The translations under genes and the position numbers were made by a program. 64,000 nt of DNA from the NCBI GenBank assembly GCA_020891255.1, contig BQFW01000015.1, forward strand, positions 1,178,001 through 1,242,000, read 5' to 3'. The stretch comes from Entomortierella parvispora E1425 (lineage: Eukaryota > Fungi > Mortierellomycota). The first letter of the stretch is position 1; each line of letters starts with the position of its first letter. This document shows positions 24,202 to 34,787 of the stretch, piece after piece. Below the pieces are notes generated by a model that was not told the origin of the DNA, searched no databases, and saw only the letters and a list, made by a program, of their open reading frames with translations.

Positions 24202-25929
24202 ATGGAGTCCACCTCCCTCCCCTCTTTTTCCACTCCCTCTTCCGTGCCGCAGGTTCCCAGCACCAGCTGTATCCACAACCTCTTTCTTCAATCCGACTTT
24301 CCTTTTCACAGCCAGATACTTCAGGCACCTGAGATCCGATCCATGGATCATACTGAGGCCAACCACTATCACAAAGGCCACGTGGGGTCACTCTCAGGCA
24401 CCATGAATCTCGCCACAGACGCCACAGACCACTCTATTTCAGATACAGCATACCTTCCCCGCGACATTTCGTTTTTCGCATCCTTCCCTCACAGCCACAG
24501 TTTCCACTCACAGCATTCTCCTTCACCTCAGGACGATGATCGGCTCCCCACTGCACACCATCACTTTCGACATTCCTACCAGTCCACGACCACTTTCCAA
24601 GAGCTTGAGGCTACTCATTACCTTGCCATGGTCCATGGTTCGACCGAGCCGTCGCACGACTTTCAAACTCCAGTAAAGGAGGAAGAATGGGTCCAGAATG
24701 AGGCGGCAGTGCCATTGTCCGAAATGCACGACCATGACACTTACTATCATCACCATCATCACTACCATGGATTGAGGAGAACCCAAAGTATGGAGTCATT
24801 CTCTACAGTCCCTCGCCTTTACTCTGAGAATGTATTGGCACGCTGGCCTTACAATACTGGCGAGACCCCTAGTTACGACTGCTACAGATCGGTGAGCCCC
24901 AATTCTTCAGAGTCGACGCCAATCCTTTCTTCTGATGAAGAACTGCAACAACAACAACAACAACAACAACAACAGCAACAACACGCTCAATATTTATCGG
25001 TCATGTCGGTGGACGGCAGCTACCCTTACGCGACACCTCACTACCATATCCCATTCTACAACCCTACTGCGCCTGTAACGGTACAGGGCCACGCTCGATC
25101 CGAAGTATCGTCCCCTTCTATTTCATCTTCCTATTCTGCCTCGATTCCTTCTTCATCTGCTACCTCCTCCAGCTATTCTCCAGCGCGTTCGTCTGTGAGT
25201 CCAATCCTTCATCAGAAACGAACCTCGGTCGACGTGGTCATGTCCGAGATTCAACCCTCCTCGATGATGGCGGCCTCAATTCCCCCATCTTCCTCCTCTT
25301 CCACTACAACTACCACCACCACCTCCTCTCCTTCCTCTCCTTTCAGCTCGGCCTCCGCGATGACGGTCAAGAAATGCAAACCTCAACGTTATTTCTGCAC
25401 CGTTCCCAACTGTAACCGGGCTTTCAGTCGCCCTTACAACCTCAAGTCCCATGGGCTAACCCATAACCCACACCGACCCTATGCCTGTGACCTCTGTGCC
25501 AAATCCTTTTCAAGAGTGCATGACCGCGATCGCCATTTGAACAGCCACATGGAGGAGAAGCCTCATGTGTGTATTGTTTGTTTGGGACGGTTTGCGCGAC
25601 AGGACGCAGTGATTCGACATTTGAAACTGTCGAACGAGACGAATGCCTGTTCCTGGATCCTGAAATCAAGAGGGATCCAGTTCCGGGATGTGGCGAGTGG
25701 CAGGATCACGAGGGCCTCCTTGGGGGATGAAGGGGTGATCCGGGAGACGTTGGAGGCTTTGGAGGAGCAGGCCCGGAAGGTGAGGGCTACACGGACCATG
25801 GAGTTGGTAGCGGCAGGCACAGGTGCCCAGGCGGCAGCTGCAGCTGCCGCGGCGACAGCCACTAGTCAGGCGACTGTTGGGTCCTCCAAGACCGTGGAGG
25901 ATACATTTGTAAAGAAGGAAGAGATGTAA
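24202..25929 (+). CDS. C2H2 zinc-finger transcription factor, Crz1-like DNA-binding domain
   Basis: Three fingers with RPYNLKSH, RVHDRDRH, RFARQDAVIRH resembling Crz1/CrzA recognition helices; poly-Q and S-rich regions; start could be a downstream ATG. Confidence 0.85.
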   Translation: MESTSLPSFSTPSSVPQVPSTSCIHNLFLQSDFPFHSQILQAPEIRSMDHTEANHYHKGHVGSLSGTMNLATDATDHSISDTAYLPRDISFFASFPHSHSFHSQHSPSPQDDDRLPTAHHHFRHSYQSTTTFQELEATHYLAMVHGSTEPSHDFQTPVKEEEWVQNEAAVPLSEMHDHDTYYHHHHHYHGLRRTQSMESFSTVPRLYSENVLARWPYNTGETPSYDCYRSVSPNSSESTPILSSDEELQQQQQQQQQQQQHAQYLSVMSVDGSYPYATPHYHIPFYNPTAPVTVQGHARSEVSSPSISSSYSASIPSSSATSSSYSPARSSVSPILHQKRTSVDVVMSEIQPSSMMAASIPPSSSSSTTTTTTTSSPSSPFSSASAMTVKKCKPQRYFCTVPNCNRAFSRPYNLKSHGLTHNPHRPYACDLCAKSFSRVHDRDRHLNSHMEEKPHVCIVCLGRFARQDAVIRHLKLSNETNACSWILKSRGIQFRDVASGRITRASLGDEGVIRETLEALEEQARKVRATRTMELVAAGTGAQAAAAAAAATATSQATVGSSKTVEDTFVKKEEM

Positions 25930-26257
25930 AACATAATTGACATTGATGGATATATCTAGAAGCAGGCTCTGGCAGCCCGTTTGCTTTGTTAGCCCCTCAT
26001 AACCACCACCAACGCCACTGCACATGCCTTCTTTTCCATTAGAGTAATTAGACACCCTATGCAATGCAAGAATAGAATAATGTTACATCAACCATGTCCT
26101 ACTGACGCGTCCAACTGGGTGATCGCTGTGCTGCCGTGGCAAAGGACGTGAAGAGTTCGCGTCGTAGGACCCCTTAATTTTTTAGGGGAAAAAAAAAGTG
26201 AAGGCATTGCATCATTGCATTTATTCTTTTTGTTCATTCACATCTTTATATCCAACC

Positions 26258-27670
26258 ATGGGCATCGGACCAGAACTGCCCCCACATTTGCAAAAGAGTC
26301 GCCGTCCACCAAGCGATGACGAGAGTGACGATCAGGATAACATTGGTCCCAGCATTGGACCTAGTGCTATAGGGCCCAGTCGACCCCAGGCAGAATCACC
26401 TCCCAGTATCGGACCTAGCCGTCCCTCTGAGGACCAGGAGCCTATCACGGCCGAGGACTTTGCGCCAGAGTTGCCACCCGAGCTGTTGGAGGCGAGGAGG
26501 CTGGCCAGGGAGCGTGCTGCTTCAGGACATCAGGGTGGATCTGAACCTGCGAAACGAGTACTGGGACCTACCTTACCACCTTCGTTTGCTGCTGCTACGT
26601 CCTCCTCGTCATCACATTATGCTCCACAACAACGGCATTACGAGGAAAGCGATGACGACGATGATATTGTGGGACCTGTCCTCCCCTCCAATTTGGATCG
26701 TGAGGCGCTTTCGAAACAAAGTCGGATCCGAGAGTTTGAGGAACGGTCCGAGAGGATGCGCAAGAAACTTGCCGGCGTAAGTTTTTTTGTTTTTTTTTTA
26801 CTTTCCTTCTTGTCGTATTGCTCAAATGACCGGAATGTTGACATTTTTTTATTCTGTTGTTTTAGGAGGACGAGGCTACAACCCAAAAGGACAAGAAACC
26901 ATCAAGAGAAGACTGGATGATGGTTCCCCCAGAATCCAAGATCTTAGGAGGTAAAGAAGCAGACGCCCCTCTCCCTCTCAGAGTTTTTCTCTGAGAATGA
27001 ACAAAAAAAAAGCTTGGAGATTTTGATGTGTGGACTCACCCATGGAATGTGCACGTACGTTTCTCTTTTTTACTAGACGACCCATTGAAGATCACGGCCA
27101 GGACATTCCAGAAACGGGAGCAAAAGCCTCAGGACTCTTCCTTGTGGACAGAAACGCCTGCGGATCGTGAAAAGAGGCTGCGGGGCGGTCCTCGGGATGA
27201 GGAGGACGATGAAAGGGAAAGACACAAGCGTGCTAAGAAGCGGGGGAGTGATGATGAAGACGACCACACGTCCGTTTTTCGATCTCGTCAAGACAAGGAG
27301 CGTGAAGAGCAGGTCCGAAAGTACAATGTAAGTTGTTGTTAAGGATTTATGGCTACGACTGTGATGATATTGCTGAAAACTGATTCAATCTCTTGGTGTA
27401 TTCCCTCCAAAACCACTATCTAAAAAACTATAGGCGGAAAGGAGATCTGAATCTTTGTTTGAATCTCACTCGAATTCCTATGTCAAATCCAAGGCATGGC
27501 AAAAGACCGATGACAAGGAACATGATAATCCTTCGGCTAGACCTTTTGATCGCGAAAAGGATGTTCTTGGAGGTCGTAGAATCGATCACCGCCAGAGAGA
27601 CGAATTGGTCAAGCAAGCCCAGGACCTTGGATCGAAATTTTCTCGTGGTAAAAAGGGCTCCTTCCTGTAA
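26258..27670 (+). CDS. GPALPP1: GPALPP-motif protein (DUF3752-like), multi-exon
   Basis: Repeated IGPELPP/LGPTLPP/VGPVLP motifs, REDWMMVPP, SLWTETPADREKRL, RPFDREKD. Confidence 0.82.
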
Positions 27671-27873
27671 TTTTGTGTATTGTATAAACTACCCGACTAT
27701 TGTCGCTCAAGTAATGTGAGAGAAAGGGTATCTATCATTTCATTTATTGGTTTTTGGGGTGTTTGTCCTTTCTTGGAACAATCTGTTGGTAATGGTGGTT
27801 GGTCGGGGGGTTAAAAATACATCTTTCCGCTTTTCTCAATCTTTGATCGATACGAGATGCTCCAGTCCAAGAC

Positions 27874-29784
<1,911 letters not shown>

Positions 29785-30734
29785 TGTGGGGATGATGTGG
29801 TAGATGGAGGTAAGGTGAAGGGATGGAAGTGAGGAGAGTGAAGGAAGGAAAGAGAGATGAAGAAAGCAAGAACAAAAGGCACAGGAGGGCTGTTTCTCAA
29901 TATGGCGACTTCTGCAGCGTGCAACCCTCCGTAGTCTAAATTCAATTCAGTGCGTTTTTTTTTTGGGGCAATTGCGAGCTGAGCTTGAAGATCGATCTGC
30001 GCTTGCACGTCTTTCATGTGGGTGAGCGAGTGTGCCTGTCATATCTCAAGATGGACCTGGTGCTTGCTTGCTGCCCTCTCTGTTTTCCTGTGCGCCTCTG
30101 TGCCCGTTCATTTGTGGGGAACAAGAAGAGGCCTGTCTGTCCTGTTTGTCCATCAGAACACGTGCATGTACATCGTGTGTGTCTGCCTACCTGCCAGCAC
30201 TGCTACCGTGCTTTCATATGTACCTGTGCAATTGAAGCATGGAACCATCGCTCAAGCCCCAACTGAGCTACAGCAACAAGCAGCCAGGACCCCAGCAGGC
30301 ACACTCGCCTTCCCAGGAAGAACAAAAAATGAAATTTGAAAATTGACCGGATACACCCTTAATTGAAATACACGTGACCAATTGCACTTTCCACTTTTAC
30401 CTTGAGCCACTGGCCGCGCAGTTTGGGTTCCCTCTTTGCGCCCAACAGTACGAAACAGAGCGTGGATGCTCAGAAACGATATGGATCCATTGCCGTGATG
30501 CTGTCGAGCCATCGATCCATCGATGCATCGCTGCCATCTGTCTGAATGAACCAGACAACTAACCACCGACCTCTCTTCTTGTCACTCTCTCCCTCTCTGG
30601 AAAACAAAAACTGGAATCGAACCTCTCATTCATCTGTTTGCTCGGAAATTCATTGGAAAAATCATCAAATCGGCACCATCATCCATCAACCTACTCCCTT
30701 CGCCACAATCACAACCATCTGCACTTTAGACAAT

Positions 30735-32033
30735 ATGGCTAGCCACAAGATTGCCAAGAACGGCCCCGCTGATGAGATCGAGCTCTCTGTTGCTCAGGCT
30801 CTCTTCGATTTGGAGAACAACGTCGCTGATTTGAAGAAGGAGCTCAAGCCCCTTCAGATCGCCAGCGCCAAGGAGGTGCGTTAATCAACTCGATGCAACT
30901 AAACACTCAGGGAACAGGAGCTTTGAAGCTGGAAAGGGTCAAAAGCAGGCATGGAGCTTTCCCGACAAAAAGGAACAACGTACCTGTAATGGTTCATGGA
31001 AAAAGTCAACAAGGACAGGGCATGTCTGGAAACTGCACATCCTCTGTCGAACCTATGACGCCTCAAACCAGACAGGCAGGAGCGTTAGAGAGGGAGCTCT
31101 AACAAAACTGTCGCTGTGCATGGATGTTCCTTCACGACAATATTGGGCTATGCGGCTTGTCTTTGACTCTCCTTGCAGACTTCAGGACATATCTCACCTT
31201 CGGGAGCATAGAATTTGGACTGTGAACAATTCACCAGGGCAATCTTGGCAGCCGATTCTACAATATCAAACATCGACATCGACCACCACCACTTTTGAGA
31301 CACAATGGAAACAAACCAACTATTGATAGAACAATCGACTTATACGTCTTGGCATGGTGCTTGTTCTTAATCACTAGGTTGAGACCGGCAACGGCAAGAA
31401 GGCCATTGTCATCTTCGTCCCCGTCCCCCAGTTGAAGGCTTTCCACAAGATCCAGCAGAGGTATTATTTAGTCGAGGACACTGTTATTGAGCATCGCCAA
31501 ACAGGGCTTTCTAGAAACAGGATACTAATCAGGACATTGCTGCCTCGTTTTACAGACTCACCCGTGAGCTCGAGAAGAAGTTCTCGGATCGCCACATTGT
31601 CTTCTTGGCTCAGCGCCGCATCATGGCCAAGCCTACCCGCACTTCCCGTGCCAAGCAGATGCGCCCCCGTTCCCGCACTCTGACTTCCGTCCACGAGAAG
31701 CTCTTGGAGGACTTGGTTTTCCCCACCGAGATCACCGGCAAGCGCACTCGCGTCCAGACCGACCAGAAGCGCATCATCAAGGTGTAAGTAGAATTATATT
31801 GGACAAACTACAAATGGGCTAGCTTGCAACTAGCTGTGTAACCACGCAACCATCTGTTCATTGGATCTGGAGCTTGAATCTCACCCTACCTCTCTTTTCC
31901 TTCCTTCTCTAGTTTCCTTGATGCCAAGGACTCCACCTCCTTGGAGTACAAGCTCGACACCTTCTGCGCCGTCTACAAGCGTTTGACTGGCAAGGAGGTC
32001 GTTTTCGAGTTCCCCGCTCACCACGCCGAATAA
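30735..32033 (+). CDS. RPS7: 40S ribosomal protein eS7; four exons, first intron 30876-31377
   Basis: [79 protein letters not shown]. Confidence 0.98.
31146..31265 (+). ncRNA. Candidate intronic H/ACA-like snoRNA in RPS7 intron 1
   Basis: Two hand-folded hairpins, ANANNA (ATAGAA 31208-31213) between them and ACA at 31260-31262; no guide target identified. Confidence 0.35.
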
Positions 32034-32169
32034 ATCAGCCGTTTTTTTTTGGAAACCGGATGAAAATCATAAAATCCCGGGAAGATCCATTGCGGACCAA
32101 ACTACAACTTTTGTCGTCCCTACTGTGTTGTGGAGTAAACTTTGTGGCTATGTTCTTAGACTGAATTAT

Positions 32170-32389
32170 GTTGAAGGCAGTATGGTATTGTGGGGATTAT
32201 TAAGGATTTTATACTTCCTGCCGCCGACGCGAGGTTCGACGCTGCATGTGGAGGCCTTCAGAGGAAACAATGTTTCGACGTGGCGGTACGAGACAGACGG
32301 ATTATTCTCTTATCATTATGGACTGCTATTGCCTTCAATCTACAGTGGCCAGCCTGTCCCGAGGAGTTTGGCCGCTGGCCTCCTCTTTT
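32170..32389 (+). ncRNA. Candidate structured RNA: long G.U-rich hairpin plus 7-bp hairpin and T4 run
   Basis: Hand pairing of 32170-32182 with 32327-32339 and 32219-32234 with 32273-32288; GGCCAGC/GCTGGCC at 32347-32380; class unknown. Confidence 0.35.
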
Positions 32390-33017
32390 CATTTCTCGTG
32401 TCACATTCCGTCAAAGCTATCAGAACCGCTACCGTTAAATCGTAGTCTGATATATTCGTTCTCTGATAGTGGCATCGATGGTCTTCCCCCACTCCAGAGT
32501 CCTTTGCAATGCGGATTCCAGATCTCCCGCGGCCGTGGTCTTGTTGTTTGTGATTGCACCTTTTCTTTTTTATTTTATTTTATTTCTTTGTTTCGGAAAG
32601 GACTGACCGCGACGTGAAGAGCCAGCCATCAGCCACGATTCCTCCGGTACTTGGACTTTTCTTTCAAGTGTAGCGATACCGATTCAAGATAAACTCAGCT
32701 CTTCCCTGCTGCCCAAGTCGTCAAGAGGCGAGGAAGAGATCTCTGCTTCCCTATCATTGAGGTTGCAAAAAAAAAAAAAATCAAAAAAATCAAAATCAAA
32801 ATTCACTTTCAAACTTGCATATTGACCTTCCTTTCTTCATCCCCATGGTTAACTATCGATCGTTTATGTATTTTTTCGCTCAAGATCGCCTGGAAATGGC
32901 CTCCAGATGGTTTTCGGGGCCCCGGCTGGCGAAACAAGCGAGAAATCGGACCATGAAATATTGGGTTTCGATATTTAAGCCGCGTTTGCCCGTTTCTTGT
33001 CATCAGCATCTCAAGAT

Positions 33018-33024
33018 GCGACTT

Positions 33025-33065
<41 letters not shown>

Positions 33066-33090
33066 GTGTGTTCAATCCACACAAGTCGCA
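33018..33090 (+). tRNA. tRNA-Phe(GAA), intronless
   Basis: Full cloverleaf: GCGACTT/AAGTCGC acceptor, TCAGA-CTGAAGA-TCTGA anticodon arm, GTGTG-TTCAATC-CACAC T arm. Confidence 0.97.
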
Positions 33091-33667
33091 TTTACAGCAG
33101 AAACCCACCTTTCTCAAGTTCCCTCAAACAGTTCTTCAGTTAAAAAGATTTCTCTTTTGGATATTTTTCGAAGAAAAATAGCGTTCCTCCCCCCCCCCCA
33201 TCATCACTTTGAACTTGTTTCCAGGTCCTCAGAGACGAGTGAGCTGGCCTCATCGAAGGAACCTGTTCATGTTGGTTGACTTTTTCTTGCAGGAAAAAAA
33301 AAAAAAAGGGATCTATCCAACGACGTTGTCTTTTTTGTTTCGTTCGGCTTCACTATTTACCAACCCGGGTTGACATATAATGGGTGTCAACCCCCCCCCC
33401 CCCCTTCATTTCTGTCCACGCAACGTCTCTCTTCAACTTTCGGAAAGAAAAAGCAAGAAAGAGGTCAAATCGGGTCGGAAGTGGTTTTTTTTTTTTTTTT
33501 TTTTTGGTGATTCAAGGCATTGTCGACTCTGGATGGAAGAAGGGCCTCAGCTTGCGATAACGCACACCGTAGGGCCGAAATAAGAGAAGTTTATAGTGTT
33601 GTTGTTGTTGATCTTGTCCAGAGAAGCACGAAAAAAAATGTTCCTATCCCGAAGGAGCAAAAAGACA

Positions 33668-33692
33668 TGCGACTTGTGTGGATTGAACACAC

Positions 33693-33733
<41 letters not shown>

Positions 33734-33740
33734 AAGTCGC
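33668..33740 (-). tRNA. tRNA-Phe(GAA), identical copy in opposite orientation
   Basis: Exact reverse complement of 33018-33090; T4 terminator a few bases downstream. Confidence 0.97.
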
Positions 33741-33867
33741 TTGATGAAAGAAAGAATTCTCGGTCAGTTAAATACCCATTTTAGGACACGATTACACGTG
33801 ACCCTAGATCTTCACGTGATTTGCTTGATTTGGGTTTATACAAAATGAAACCCTACTTTTAGGTGTT

Positions 33868-34475
33868 TGTCGTGACTCTCGGTATCACGACTGATCCTTA
33901 GGGTGTGTCGAGCGTGTTCTTCTACACTGGGCACCACAGTCAGCTACCTTGACTGTAATCGAGATGGAAGGGCAAAGAAAGGATATGTTTAATAAGATAT
34001 TCTGTGTGTTACTACTGATAGGGTTCTCAAGAGGGTTACCTGTAATCGAGATGGAAGGGCAAAGAAAGGATGCCGTTCTAAGTCTCGATACAGAGCTACT
34101 TATATACTGAAGGTAGTGAAGTGAGACTATACTGCTGACACTATGGAAATAAATAGTGGAGGGCTTATGACTATTCTGGAATAGGGGCCCTAACGTCCGA
34201 GGTTTCAAAGAGCTTGGTCGACCGGCGTGGAGACAAGCTTTTGATTGGCAACGGTTGGTAGGTTAATGTCGGAGAAACATGAAATGCTCCGTTCGTGAGT
34301 ATACACGGTTGAGGGTAGTCGACCTGGTGATAGTCAACGACGATGACGCGCGGCACAAGTGCAATGAGGGCGCGCAACAAGGGTCCATTCATCAGGCGTG
34401 TCGGCGGTCAGGTGATCGTAAGTCATGTGATCAGACGCGGAGCTGGCGGGGATAAAAGCAGTCTGATTCACGACA
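33868..34475 (-). mobile_element. Putative solo LTR (608 bp) of an LTR retrotransposon; orientation tentative
   Basis: Ends TGTCGTGA...TCACGACA; flanks GTGTT / ATGTT; minus-strand TATATAA (34100-34106) then ATTAAA (33988-33993); no flanking PBS or PPT, no coding remnant recognised. Confidence 0.72.
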
Positions 34476-34492
34476 ATGTTATCTGAATGAAA

Positions 34493-34564
34493 GCTAACAT
34501 AGTATAATGGTTAGTATATCTCGTTGTGGCCGAGACGATCCTGGTTCGATTCCAGGTGTTAGCA
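34493..34564 (+). tRNA. tRNA-His(GTG)
   Basis: GCTAACA/TGTTAGC acceptor, TCTCG-TTGTGGC-CGAGA anticodon arm, GGTTCGATTCC B box, T5 terminator immediately downstream. Confidence 0.96.
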
Positions 34565-34787
34565 CATTTCTTTTTGCCCTTTCATCCAAGTAAGCTCATG
34601 AAGTCATGGTTGGTGAGGACCTTTTTTTTTTTTGGCCTCTCCTTTCCACCAACCTTGACATGGTCGTCGGCTTGATCTTCTTTTCTTTTTTTTTTATTTG
34701 AAGAAATCACGCAGAACCATATGCATACCATCCCATCACCCTCAAAAAATATTTTACAAAATCTCCAATATTCGTAGCACTGCGTCT

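Noticed and set aside
32438-32530. Minus-strand CAGACTAC resembling RNase P CR-V with a CR-I-like word
   Set aside because: Spacing of about 70 nt is too short for RNase P RNA and both motifs deviate.
32664-32675. TCAAGTGTAG, matching part of U2 snRNA
   Set aside because: Flanks do not continue the U2 sequence (no GTATCTG, no 5' stem).
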